A stretch of DNA of 64,000 nucleotides from Schmidtea polychroa (Eukaryota), in NCBI GenBank assembly GCA_044892525.1, contig CM097885.1, forward strand, positions 211,668,001-211,732,000, written 5' to 3'. The notes under the pieces are model-generated. The model did not search any database and had not been told where the DNA came from. It was given only the letters and a program-made list of their open reading frames with translations. Every line of letters starts with the position of its first letter. Position 1 is the first letter of the stretch. Positions 45,601-58,619 of this stretch are shown here, in pieces. Made by a program: the position numbers and the translations under genes.

Positions 45601-48600
45601 CACTCGTATTTAACAGTTCGTAAGTACTCATATTTTACACAAGTTAAAGCTCTTTGGAATGGATTACGAATCCCATTCAGTTACGGAAGCTTATGTGCAT
45701 ATATGCACAAGTAGATGATTTATTCTTGCACGAATACTATGAACCCAGACTTATCTTACAATGGACGAGCAACTTATTAAATATCATGAGTAAAATTCAG
45801 AAAGTATATCACAACAGTAACATTTTCATTATAAGTCATTAAACTAACACGTTATTTTCAAATATATATTTATTATTAAATCTGAATATTTAAACAGTAT
45901 ATCAATTTAAATATCGTCACTCTCCCCTTCTTTAAGAACTGTGATACTCTTTCAGCCATTCAATTCTTCTGCATCTTTTCCCATCTGGATATTCTAGTTC
46001 AACTTGGTGTTCCGTTAGAAAACCAAGAATCTTTTCAGGACCTTCGAACAAATTACCATGTTTTGATCTCTTATGTGGATCCATCTTTACTAGAACTCTT
46101 TGACCCACCTCAAAATGCCGATGGCATTTCTTATCTGCATTTCTTGATCTCATTTTATCTGCCGCTACCATAACATTATTCCGTGCTGTCAATAATACTT
46201 TTTCTCGATTAAGATCTATGAATGAATTCTTTTCATGTATATTAACCTTTCTTCCAAATAGTATTTCCATTGGCGAAAATCCCGTAGAATTCTGTGTTGT
46301 TGAGTTTAGGGAATATTCAATTTTTGGTATAATGTCGTCCCAACACCCTCTAGTTTGACCATCACTCAAAAATGTCACGATCATATCACGAACTGTTCGT
46401 ATTACCCGTTCTGCTAAACCATTAGACTTATGATCATATGACGAAGTAGATGTCCATTCGATGTTAAAATTATCAACTAGCCCTTTGATTTGACTTCCCT
46501 CAAAAACCTTACCTCTATCCGAAACAATGTAAGCTGGTTTACCGAATTTGTATATTCAATTGTGTAAAAGTACACGATATACAGTCTTTTCATCTTGGTT
46601 CCGAGTAGGCGCTAAACTAACCATCTTGCTGAACTGATCAATTATTACTACCAAATAACGGTTACGGTTTCTGGTTTCCTTCATATGAGCAATATCGATT
46701 ACGATTTGTTCCATCGAATTCATTATTACCCTAGGAATTAAATATTCAGCTGTTTTACTTGTCAAAACTTTCCTTCTCATGCATATATCCCATTTTTTTA
46801 TAATATCTCGTATATCGGTTACCATGTGTATCCAAAAGAAATAATCGTTCATATAATTTGTTGTTTTTTTAACTCCTAAATGACAGAGTTCTTTGTGCAT
46901 ATGTTGTACGACTTGTGACGCTATCTTCTGCTTATCATCATTTACTATTAATAACATATTGTCTTTTACCAATATCTGATCCAATCTTTTGAAATAAGGT
47001 GAATCCCGAATCAAGTGAGGTATCTCGGGACTCGGGTTTAGTACATATTTCTTTATTGTAGACAACAAATTATCTGCTTCCTGATTCTCAATATATAACT
47101 GCATATTTAAATTACTTGAAGTAATAACGTTTAAGCAATTACTTAACAATATCCTCGATAGTCCATCAGCGTTGTTATGATTTTCATCCTTCCTATATTT
47201 TAAATCAAAATCATAACCTGACAACTCACTCAACCATGTTTGGAATTGTGGACTTATTGGTTTCGAAGTTGATTTTAAGAACTTTAAAGCCTTATGATCA
47301 ACGTTCCCTCTAAGCTGCGCGCGTGCGCGCGCGCAGCAAAATTATTTTCAGCGCAGTATATTTAATTCAACCGTTTCATGGCAATTATTCCTAGTAAAAA
47401 GCACACGGAAATTGTCGATGTAAATGGACCACCAGCAGCGAAGACCGGTTATCTACTTAGTTTTCAACATAGTCGCTGCAGTTATAGAATACAGTGTCGT
47501 TTTAAAACTCTTACAACCACGTTATAGCATTTTGACGCTCATTTGTATTTAAAGGCTGCTCAGCGCAGCTGACTTTGCGCGCACTGCTGCTTATGGCTTA
47601 GAGGGAACATTGCTTATGATCCGTACGTAAATCAAACTTTTCCCATATAAATAATGCCGAAAATATAGGACGTACTCGTATATTGCTAATAGATTTTTTC
47701 TAGTTACACAGTATCCTTTCTCGTGAAAACTTAAAAGTCTTGAACCATATGCTATGACTTTTTCACAACCATTTTGAACTTGACCTAGAACAGCACCAAT
47801 TCTACTAAAACACGCGTCAGTATCCAAAATAAAGTAATCGACCTTATTTGGAAACACCAAGATTGGTGCACTCGATAATACCCGTTTAAGTTTTCGGAAA
47901 CTTTCTTCACACTTGTCATTCCATTTAATATCTTTTTCATGTCCCTTTGTAGCTTCATACAACGGTTTCGCTATTTCACCAAAATTTGGAACAAACTTGC
48001 GATAATAATTTGCTAATCCCAAAAATGAACGTAGTTGTCTGCTGCATTTCGGTATTTCAACCTCAATAATTCTCTTTATCATATTGTTATTCGTGGATAT
48101 TCCTTCTGCTGAAATTTTATGGCCCAAGAAAATCAATTCACACTTATAAAAACTACACTTCTTAGGATTGATCCTTAATCCTGCTGATTTAATTTGCTTG
48201 AAAACTTCCTCCAAATTTCTATTGTGTTCTTCGATAGTTTTTCCATATATCAGAACATCATCTAAATATGCTGCAACACCGTTATATAAAATATCATCAA
48301 ATAATATGTGCATAAGTCTTTGGAAAGTTGCTGGAGCTGTGGATAATCCAAATGGCATTCGAATGTAGCAAAACTCTCCTTTCTTTGTAGAAAACGCTGT
48401 TGTTAACTGAGACGCTTCATCCACATGTACCGGATAATATGCCTGCCCCAAGTCTAGGGACGAATAAACTGAAGATCCGGACAAAGAATCGAATATTGTT
48501 TGAGGATCTGCCATTAGAAAACTGAATTTTTAAGTAACTTCATTAACCTTTCTAAAATCTTGTCACATCCTGATTGATCCGTCTTTCTTACCTACCACGA

Positions 48601-50455
48601 CCGTAGGTGAATTCCATGGGCTTTGGCATTTCCTGATAATGCCCATTTTTAATAATTTCATAATCATATCGTCCACTTTTGATTCCATCTGCATTGCCAT
48701 GCGCCTATGATTTTGAATAATTGGATTTCCAGAAGTTTTTATAGTATGTGTAACCAAACTAGTACAACCTAGATCAAAATTTGATGCCATGAAGATCGTA
48801 CTATACATGGTTACTAACTCCACCAGTATTGGGTCTGAATTTGGTCCAAAAACATCCAGTGCTTTTTTACATCGTTCGTTATCACTGTAGATAACACCAA
48901 CCGTATCTGAATCTATTAATGCAATTGATGTATTTGGCACAAGTTTTATTTTAAAAGCTAAAATCAAATTCATTCCACCTACAAAACTTGGAATTATATC
49001 CCTAACCACAATTACATTCACTTTCTGACACAATTCATTCCAAACAATCGAAGTTGTAAAAAGCATGATATCGGCTTATTTCCAAACGCCCCTCTGAGCG
49101 CCATATCTACCGGTTTTAAAACTGGACTGCCACACTTCCTCCGTATGGCCTCCTACATTACAGTAACCGACGCACTTGTATCCCACAACATCTCATTCAC
49201 TTTTCCACAACACTGAACAAAACTCCACCACTTCCATCCATCTTCTTGAACATCATAACATTTCGGTTTTCTGTGTTCTGCACATTTAATTCAACGACTC
49301 CACAGACGAAATGTTTACCATGGAGCGTATCTCGTTTAAAGGGCGGTCTTTGTCATTTTTCCTATTACTTCCAGTAATCGATCCTATTTCATTTACTTCA
49401 GATTCTGACGTGACATCATTCTCACGGTCTTCATACGAATAAGTCAGATTTCCTAAATTATTTTCTTCTTGAATACAGTGAATTCTTCTTGTATTATTAC
49501 TCCTTAATAGAGGGCAGTTAGTAAAAAATGATCATTTTTACCGCATATTAAACAACACTTGCTTAAAGGACAATGGTTCCGAATATGACCTGATTCACCA
49601 CAACAGTAACATTGACCGGGTTGAAAAGGTCGCAATTCTGGTTCCGGAAATCCTTTCGCTTTGTTGTAAACTCGTCTTGCAATATGTTTCAAAGAAACCA
49701 TAGGCCTATTGGGTCTCTCATTAACCAATAAACTTTCTGAGCTTCGTCTTCTTTCAGTACCGTGTCGTCTATTGTCATAATTTGTAATTTGAAATGTGAT
49801 ACAGTATTTTAATTTTGAACATATACCATGCACAACTACAAACAAATTTAATTACTGTAAAGCAAAAAGATTTTTGTAAATAACCATTTTTACTATACCA
49901 CCTGCGTATGAGTAACCTGGGTGCATAAATCAGTCCGCAAAATCAAAGAACTGTAAAATAGCAGTAAAATATTTTTCACCGTAAACTTGTACTATTTTAC
50001 TTTGTTTTGATTTTTTATATGAAAATGTCTCTCCCGAAGAATAATAGAAATATTTTAATAACATTATTATTTTATGTTCATTAAAGTTTTATATTTTTAT
50101 AAATAATTATTTAGTGTCATTTTTCATTGCCTGGACACCTTATGCTGTAGTTTGCACGTGGACAGTTTTTGGTAAGATAGATTAAATACATTAATTGTTT
50201 TATTAGATCAAATAAGGTGATCCATCATTAATACCCTTGATCGTATATACTACACCAAGTGTTTGGGCTAAATCTACAGTTGTCGTTTATCCTTTTGTTT
50301 TTGTTTTAAGCAATCAACAATTTCGAGAAGCAATCAATGAACTTTTGGTTTTTAAAATTATTAAAGAACAGATGAATAGACCAAAGATTTTCCCAGAAGC
50401 GCGTAAGTCAACACCGCCAATGACGGAAATGAGTTTGACTGAAATTAACAGTTGA
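39649..50455 (+). CDS. Host opsin (non-rhabdomeric; xenopsin/c-opsin-like), 4 exons: 39649-40257, 44814-44916, 50115-50171, 50217-50455 (~335 aa)
   Basis: 7TM class A motifs GN-like TM1, GC..YGF, AIDRF, PPLIGWN.Y, SCS, AWTPYA; retinal lysine in WAKS; NQQFR after TM7; all introns GT-AG with consistent phases (0,1,1). Confidence 0.9.
41006..41941 (-). mobile_element. pogo/Tigger-type non-autonomous element in opsin intron 1
   Basis: TA flanks; TIR CAGGAATAC.TCG.A.AG.ACGGTT; internal minus-strand acidic transposase C-terminus ending ..KKVQTSLLKF. Confidence 0.8.
43016..43339. mobile_element. Right end of a Tc1/pogo-like MITE (left end in N gap)
   Basis: Ends CGCGTTATAAGAGGATTTACTG followed by TA; subterminal CGCGTT repeats. 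Confidence 0.5.
43600..44660 (-). pseudogene. Highly degraded DNA transposase remnant (MULE-like, tentative)
   Basis: Several short minus-strand ORF pieces with transposase-like composition; family assignment weak. Confidence 0.3.
45271..45570. mobile_element. 300-bp MITE/foldback with 57-bp TIRs
   Basis: 45271-45327 vs 45514-45570 are reverse complements at 54/57 positions; no clear TSD. Confidence 0.8.
45593..49845 (-). mobile_element. Defective Ty3/Gypsy LTR retrotransposon antisense in opsin intron 2
   Basis: gag CCHC knuckle CYCCGESGHIRNHC; protease LWDTSAS; RT (SPWNSP, YLDD); RNase H (ILDTDA); integrase; PPT AAGAAGGGGAGAG followed by a candidate 3' LTR 45593-45919 (TGAC...GTCA); 5' LTR not found. 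Confidence 0.9.
47299..47612. mobile_element. hAT-type MITE inserted in Gypsy RNase H region
   Basis: TIR CAA(C/T)GTTCCCTCTAAGC; exact 8-bp TSD CTTATGAT; removing it rejoins ..RTDHK|ALKFL. Confidence 0.92.
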
Positions 50456-51782
50456 AAATGTGTATAAAATAAAATTAACTTTCAAAAAAATTTTGAAAAA
50501 AGTAGAAGTTAGATAACATTTTGTTGTTAGCTTTCAATGTAAAATGAAATAGTGATTATTTTTGGAACAATTATATTTTGATTGTTTTAACTAATAAAAT
50601 AATTTTAAAGTGAAATATTGCTTATGACTAAATTATGAATAAATATTTTTACTGATATATTCTGGTTTTCGTTGAACAATGATATTTAGGATAATGCGGA
50701 ATTCGTTATATACTGATTAGCTTTATTCCGCGGCTTCGTCTAGGATAGATTTAAACTCATTCTTTATTCATTATTAATAATTTTATTCTTCCTATAATTA
50801 GAAATTTAATTAAATACTTGGCTATATATAATATATTTAAGTTACTTGTTGGTCATCGTCGAAAATGAAGAATATTGAGGATTCCTTCGTCTTAGACATT
50901 CTTGCATAGAGCTTGCTGTCCATGAGAGAAGTACTCGCAGGTAAAATTCAACCTTGTGACTTTGAGCGAAAATATTTTTGAAAGTTGAAAATAGCTTAAA
51001 TGGCATTCGGAATATAATTTACGAATTTCAGGTCGCTACTATTCACTATTTGGAAGGAGTTCTCATGTAAGGCAAACATGCTCGTATATTTAATATTTTA
51101 TAGTATAGATTCTGTGTGTAAACGAACTGTATGAATCAGTAATTTTTAGAAATTAAATAGATGTCAGCCATTTTATGTAGGGCTAGGGAGCTTGGTTCCG
51201 ATTCCGGAGTTGATTTTTCAAATGAAAGCTATGGTTCCGGCTCCTGTAATACGAATTCAATTTTGGGCTTTTTATTTATTTCCAGAAAAAATTTTAACCA
51301 AATTAATCAAAGCTAAAACTTAAATTTATAAAAATTAAGTATTTTAAATTTATACTTAAATAAACACGGTAAAGACTTTATTAATAAAAATAACCATTTT
51401 TACATCTTTTTCACAATATATTTCGATAGCATCAAAATCATCATCAGGTTATCTACATTCACTAGGTGGTGAATTATTAGTTAATCTCGCGTCTGTGTGC
51501 GCTTTTTTTCTTTGTTATTGGCTTGTGTGCGCACACAGACGCGTAAGGACAATTGTGAAAGTTGTCAGATTTTTATTGATTGTATTTATGATGAGTTATG
51601 TTTGGAGTTAATGGAGTCGAATTATTTGGTTTTCTAATGATTTTTCGGATAAAAGATAGCTGCTTTTAATGAAGAAATGGAAATGGGAAATACTACCAAC
51701 GAAACTGATGGTTCCTTTTTTATGACCCCAAGAGATCCTGATAACGTTAATGGTGTTTTTGGCCAACAAATATCAAATTTAT

Positions 51783-52165
51783 TTGGTGGATTGCTTTCCG
51801 TTGGTATTCGAGGCAATAATTGTGATGTAGTAGCTACACAATGAAAGGTTCCAGATAAAATGATTGAGAAGAGTTCAGCTACAAGGTTGTTTAATATTAC
51901 TGAAAGTCCTGGAGGTGTTATGACTGGTATGATCCCTGATTATCGATCTCAAGTATGTCGTGCACAAATGGAAGCAGCTCGATTTAGATATAAAAATGGA
52001 TATGAAATGTCTTGTGACATAATATGTCGTTGTATTGCGGATATTAATGAGCTTTACACCCAATCGGCTGAGATGCGACCATTAGGTTGTTCAATGATGG
52101 CATTCTCTTATGATATTGAAATGGACAAACTGTTATTATTCAAAACTGATCCCCATGGCTCTGTT
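51783..52165 (+). pseudogene. PSMA6: Proteasome subunit alpha type-6 (alpha1)-like fragment, intronless, with in-frame stop
   Basis: GGL.SVGIRG..C.VVATQ*KVPDK, LF.ITE..G.VMTGM..D.RSQV.RA..EAA.F.YK.GYE, YTQ.AEMRPLGC.M, FKTDP; truncated at both ends. Confidence 0.8.
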
Positions 52166-52499
52166 GATGACAATAAAATTGTTATTCTGTTTCTTGAATT
52201 TTAACACTAGGGATGAATAACTATATGATATTGATAATTTATAAACAATTTATAAAATCTATAAATTTTTAAATTAAAAATAACAATTATAAATAATTAT
52301 TTTCAAAAATAATTTTTAACAAACAATTATTTTAAACTTTTAAAATTCTTTAAAAAATATTATTTTAATTATTTATTTAATTATTTAACATAACTATTAT
52401 TCAATATACATCAACATACAAAACTTAATTAAAAACATTCAACACACACATTGATTTTATTATTAAAAGTTCTTATCAATAATGCTTCACATATTACAC

Positions 52500-52790
52500 G
52501 CTCAAAACAATTATCAAATTTTTTGATAAGATTTTAAAATCCGACATTCCTAATTCTTTCATACAGACTTTATTATGATATTGGACACTTCCTTCGGTCG
52601 ACAGTGTTCTTGATCTCGAGTACAGAGACGACGGGAAGTCTCTCCAATGTATGTGGTATTAGACCCATTACATGTGAATTGATAAACGAGATCCGAACAC
52701 AATCCAACATGCGTTTGAGATTTACTAACATAATACGTACTTTTCACGATATTGAAACAATCATATAATTCAATTTACCCTAAGTGTTTA
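52500..52790 (-). pseudogene. Penelope-like element GIY-YIG endonuclease remnant
   Basis: LVYQFTC..S..TYIGETSRRL.TR..EH. Confidence 0.75.
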
Positions 52791-52799
52791 AAAAAATAT

Positions 52800-53552
52800 C
52801 TTTCTTTTGAAATCTTTATATCCTGTTATTATTTGATCAAATTTATCTAAAATGTCTATAGCTTTCATGAAATTTCATTGTTTGGATGGTATAACTCTGC
52901 GATGTGCCACGAAATGCTAAACACTGACCAGATAAAAATTGAACAATAGCTATAATTCCCTCAATAATACCACTCCATCGTTTTTTTTCCATTTCATAAT
53001 TGAAGCTCTTTATCTTTTGTGCAGATCTTTTGCACCCGCAATTATATTTCACACCACCTTTTTGAACATTCGATATGTTGTGCATGTTATGAACAAATTA
53101 CGTTGTTGCATGTCGCCAATCAGAATATCCACCACTGGTCAGCTTAAAAATATTTATGCTGAATAATTTGCAGCAAAAACAAAATAACATATTCAATTTA
53201 GTAGAATAAACTATTTATTTTCTAGAAACTGTTTCACCATTTTCTGAAATTCTAAAATAAGTTGTAGAAAATCTTCTGTTTGTCTCATCTGATGGGAAAT
53301 GGACATTATCTTCACTAAAATTTCTAAAAAATGTTTATTTATCGATTCAGGCCCTGTTCATGGATATGCCAGCACAAAAGACGAACCTAATGATTTTGTT
53401 TCATAAGAAAAGTCTTCTTCAGGCTTTTCTGACTCAGCAGTTGAAGATAATGAGTCATCTTTAGGACTTGGAGACGAATCTAGCACGTGTAGAAATGTAA
53501 CAGGCTTTTTAGTATAAATTTCTGTAGTAGACCTTCCTGATGTACTTGCCAC
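52800..53552 (-). pseudogene. ZMYM/TTF-type hAT transposase N-terminal remnant
   Basis: YS......FCFCCKLF and II..VQFLSGQ.LAFRG motifs, frameshifted. Confidence 0.65.
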
Positions 53553-56500
53553 AAGTGATTTTATTTAAGAATTCCAAAAACTGTGTTAAAGGTCCACTTA
53601 GTTTCTCTATTTCTTTTTTTCGATAATAAGCACTTAATTCCCTTTTTGTTTTTCTTTATGACTTCTAAGGTGTGATATTTTCTTATTCATAATAAAATTC
53701 ATAAATAGTAAAACTTACCTTTATTAATTATACTTTATTTGTTAGATAAACTGATAAACACCTATAATAATTAAAATCAATTTTTTTGTAAATATAATAA
53801 CAGTTAGTCGGCAGCCGCCATTCGACTTGGCCGCTAACGTACGAGGGCATGTTCTGCATCCACACCAGGAACGGGTCTGTTTGTTCACTAGTGAAACATA
53901 TGTAAGTTACAAAACTTTGAATAATCAAACAAGATTTTGTAAGTTTTTAAACAATGCTAACATTTTATTTAATTACATGTTTTATTGTATTTATTTTCCT
54001 AATGTTAGGTTAAGTCACTCTTCCAATAAGTTGACTAAAGCGTGCAACATTTTCTAAAGCTTTCAGGAATTGGCAGGGAAGAGGAACATGACAACATGTT
54101 CTAGTGGATCCCAAATATATCGATTTCGAAAATTTTGTGAATTTCGCATAAATATTCCTCGTTTATTCCGGTGAAGAAAATCATAAATTCTTTCATATCA
54201 TGAAATGCAAATTTGACTTTACTTCCACTTAAAACATCATTTGTATTTTGATTATCATCAACCAAAATATTTCTAATATTATGTTCAAAAGGAGGCCAAA
54301 TATCCAAAAATATGTTCTAAAGTAATTGAATTTTTTGAGGAAATATAAAAATAAGAATATAATAATTTGGTTAAAATTTTTTCTGGAAATAAATAAAAAG
54401 CCCAAAATTGAATTCGTATTACAGGAGCCGGAGCCACAGCTTTCATTTGAAAAATTAGCTGCGGAGTCGGAACCAAGCTCCCTAGCCCTGCATAAAATGG
54501 CTGACATCTATTTAATTTCTAAAAATTACTGATTCATACAGTTCGTTTACACACAGAATCTATACTATAAAATATTAAATATACGAGCATGTTTGCCTTA
54601 CATGAGAACTGCTTCCAAATAGTGAATAGTAGTGACCTGAAATTCGTAAATTATATTCCTGATGCCAAGTATTTAATTTTTTATTTATTCCATCTCAGAT
54701 TGTTTTTATTATTATTTTAATTTGACTTCGAAATGATACAATATTTTCAACAGAATCTGATCTAATGTTGAAATATGATTTTATTTCATTTAAATGATAT
54801 TCCAACTCTTTTAATAGAAATAATTGGAATGCTTCTAAATTTTCATAGTCGAACCTCCAAATTATATTGTCTGAAGTTATTCTTTCCAGAGAGATAAATA
54901 TTTCAAGATTTAATTAAAACTAAAATATATCTGGATTTGTGAAAATCATCATAAGTACCACAAACTACTTTACATTTCGAAAATGATTCACTCAAATTTA
55001 AAATAGAACAAATGAAACTCAATAATTCTTTTTTTAATTCCATTTTAAAATTATCACAAGATTTTTAAATAATTCACACTAACTTAACACAAATAATTTT
55101 TAAGCAAATTCACCCTAAATTAAAAACCTTTTCCTATTAAATTTCATTTTAAACACAGAATTAAATTTTTTAAGATTCATAAAATTTAAAATAAGAATAT
55201 TTCTAAATCTTATTTTAGAGATGTTAAATTGATCAGCTCAGAATAGTTTTTAAGCCAGCTGACAACAATAAAGTTAAAGTCATATAAATTGACAATTCTG
55301 GGAATTTGAAATTAGGATTTAGCCTTTGATGTAAATATTTAGTAAATTCTTCAAATTTTTTCTAAAGATCCCAATTACAATCTAATTTTTAGCTATTAAG
55401 ATTATGAGGCCCCTACAATAAATTCTTAAATTAATTTAATTAATAAGGTGACCGAACACGGGTATTAGAGCTTCCATTATTGTTTGTAATAATTATTTAA
55501 TTAGTCTGACTGTAAAGTTACTTCACAAATGTAAACAATAGTTAGAACTATAGTTAGTAAATACGTGTAAGAAATAATGATTTATCTCAATGTTCGACAC
55601 CTATAGCATTATGAGATTTTGTCAGTGATCACAAAAATTCAATAATCACGACAGAGTCGTAACTATGGTATGGCAAACAAGTCCCCAGCAATGGGAGCCA
55701 AATAAAAAAGGCGTACAGCCATTTTACGTTTTTCAAATTTTAAACAGTTTTTATTTAGTAAAAATGATTTAATGCGTCTTTATACATAATTGCGAAATTC
55801 TAGTAAATTTAGGTAAATTTCTTCAAAATTATTTTTTCGTTAATTTGTTAAACCCTGAAAGTGAAAAAAAATGATTCAGGTATTTAAAAAACACGCTATG
55901 CTTAATTTTTTGAAAAACGCTACCTTGAACATTATAATAAAGAATGTCACTGTCAAATGTCAATTTTCATATGAAGTAATGCTAAACATTGAACGAATAT
56001 TTTTTAAAAAATACTTTGGAAATCTTTTTAACCTAAAAATCAATAGTTGGTAATTGTTAATATTTATTAAAAAGTAAGTATAAAGAGACAGATTATCTTC
56101 ATATTTTACTATTTTGTGCTATAAATACTCTTTATAAAATATCTGGCGACATATCTTATGGAGATGGAATTGCAACAGCACGTACGTTAAAAAGTCATAT
56201 AGAAAAATATAGTTTTATTTTTATGGTAATAAGGGGCCGTTCATAAGGTACATCACGCTCCAGGGGGTGTAAGAAAATGAGGCGGTCTGTGACAGGTGGA
56301 TAAGGGGATTCAGGCTATGTGTAACGTCACACATTTGTTGGGTTTTACTAATTCTGATTTACCTCTGACTCCACGTGTCCTTTTAATCAAAGCAATAAGC
56401 TACCCAACGTATATTTGAATCACAAAAATATATTTCTTTCGACAATAAATAATCAGTAACCAAAGTTCAAGTTTGACCCATTCTCCGATCGGTGTTGATG

Positions 56501-57087
56501 CTTTAAACAAAAGATAATATTCACCTTTTTTATTATCTAGCTTCTCTTGACCAACGTTTTATTTTTCTATTCGATTGGATTCCTTTCCACTTTTTACGTA
56601 TCTCCTGATTCTATATTTTCTTTTAACTAAACTTCCTAATTCGTCTTTCACCCGTTTCTAAACTAGTTTTCTTCTAACCCTAGCTGAGGCAAAATGCCGG
56701 TTTGCTCTGATTTTACCATTCCTTATATACTCTTCGAAATCGGGATGACAAATGGTTATTGCCGAGCCAATTTATCTCTTGACATTCGACTCCACATATC
56801 TGCTTCGGCCGTCACACTTTTCTCTTTATTTACCCAGCTCGGGATTTCTTTCTACTAGCTAATTAATTAATTTCATTTTCTTGTTTTTCCTCTTTTACAC
56901 ACCTTTTCGCACTCTTCCTAACACTTTCTGAAAATTCCGTTATCTCCATGTTATTCCCCATGCTATTCTCCTCATGACCAATTTTTCAGACTTAAATTCG
57001 AACTTATGAATCTTTTATCGATTTTTCTCAAATCACCTTTTTTGTGCTTTCCCCATATACTGATGCACCTTCTCGAGCCTTTCTACC

Positions 57088-57260
57088 CAGGCCCGGCTCT
57101 AGCGCTGCTGGCGCCCCGATGCAACTTTCTGTTAAGCACTTTTTATAGGAAATTATGTCAGAAATAAAACTCAAATTTCACAGTAAAGTATTATAATTTT
57201 ATTATTAAAAAGATTTACTGTATAATTAAACATTAATTCATAAAAAAAATAAACAGAAAT

Positions 57261-57326
<66 letters not shown>

Positions 57327-57864
57327 CCACAATGTTTCATTTAAAATTTTATTTTTCTTGCTTTTATGGAAGCAAATTCATCCAATACATCATTAATTTT
57401 GATTTTGTCACAGATATCGCTTTCAGTAGCAATCAAAGACAGGCCAACTAGTCTTTCTTGAGAAATGGTTGAGCGTAAATAATTCTTAATTAGTTTAAGT
57501 CTGGGAAATGATTTTTTGCTACTGAGACTGGTAGTGTTAATAATATTCTCAAAGATACAACTATATTTGGAAATATATCAAATATATCATTTGGTCTTCA
57601 ATAAAAATTGAAAATATTAATAATGTCCAAACATGACTGGAACACATAAAAAACTGAAAACAAGTACTTACAATTAAAGAAAAAAACCAAAAGCTTTTGT
57701 TGGAAATCTGAATTAGAAAATCGCCTACTTTTCATCTCTCATTTGAAAAAAATTTAAATTTGAAAAAAAAAATAATTTCATTTAAATTTTGGATTTTAGC
57801 GCCCTTTGTTCGTGTAGCGCCCCGATGCTTTGCATTTTCTGTTTCATCGGTAAAGCCGGGCCTG
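57088..57864. mobile_element. hAT non-autonomous element carrying a dimerisation-domain remnant and a (TA)28 microsatellite (57263-57318)
   Basis: TIR CAGGCCCGGCT / AGCCGGGCCTG; exact 8-bp TSD TTTCTACC; minus strand SFPRLKLIKNYLRSTISQERL. Confidence 0.9.
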
Positions 57865-58141
57865 TTTCTACCCATTTTATTTCTTCTCCTTGACCAGTCT
57901 TACCCTACTCTCATTCCTTTAATTACAAATATAATTCAACTTTAATTTTAATTATTATATAACCAAAACATATTCATTTTTTTAATTTTATTTCTAATTT
58001 TTTTAGTAAAATTTAATAGCTTTAAAAATAATTTTCAAACATTTTGTGAAACATTTGAATTAATTTTATGTCAAAATAGCATGAAATACATATCTAATGA
58101 ATGTGTTGTTTACGAGTCCTCTAGTACCGTAGGGTTTAGAG

Positions 58142-58367
58142 CAGGGGTTCTTAACCTTTTCAAACTTATGCACCCCATAAATATATAATTGGTACCGACG
58201 GACCCCTGAAATAATAAAAAATTAATAAATTGATAGTAAAACACATACATTTTTTAATAATTATTTATAAATCTGTTTATTCAGCTTCAAACAAAAATAA
58301 TAAAGGTTTTTTGTAAATAGTGCCGCGGACCCCTGGGGGTCCATGGACCCCAGGTTAAGAACCACTG
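58142..58367. mobile_element. hAT (Buster/Charlie-like) MITE
   Basis: CAGGGGTTCTTAACC / GGTTAAGAACCACTG; exact 8-bp TSD GTTTAGAG with central TA. Confidence 0.92.
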
Positions 58368-58619
58368 GTTTAGAGGGTTAGGTAAATGGTTTTATATTTT
58401 AATACTGAAGTGTGTTTCAGATAAAATCTTCATTCTATGTCAATTAAAAACATTTTCTTCGAAAGTGTGAAGTACTTTAGGGAAGGGTTCCGAGATTTGT
58501 GACATGGGTAAGGAGGGGATTCAAAATGGTCAAAAATAAAGTGACATACTTTTCGGACAGCCCCTAATGTAAAATAATATATTGAGCAAAATAAATACAA
58601 TTAACAAAATAGAATAGTG

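Larger units (their letters stand above)
51001..54667. repeat. Pair of 305-bp inverted repeats (51001-51305 and 54363-54667)
   Basis: High-identity reverse-complement match including GGAGCCGGAGCC and CAGGGCTAGGG hAT-like end motifs. Confidence 0.9.
56233..58564. mobile_element. Possible Harbinger-type element ends bracketing nested insertions
   Basis: TAA-GGGGCCGTTCATAAGGTACATCAC at 56233 and GTGACATACTTTTCGGACAGCCCC-TAA at 58564 are imperfect inverted matches; could be two separate MITE ends. Confidence 0.35.

Noticed and set aside
56500-57915. Pyrimidine-rich stretch resembling a minus-strand LINE remnant (also 61850-62160)
   Set aside because: No continuous RT motif recoverable; too degraded to support
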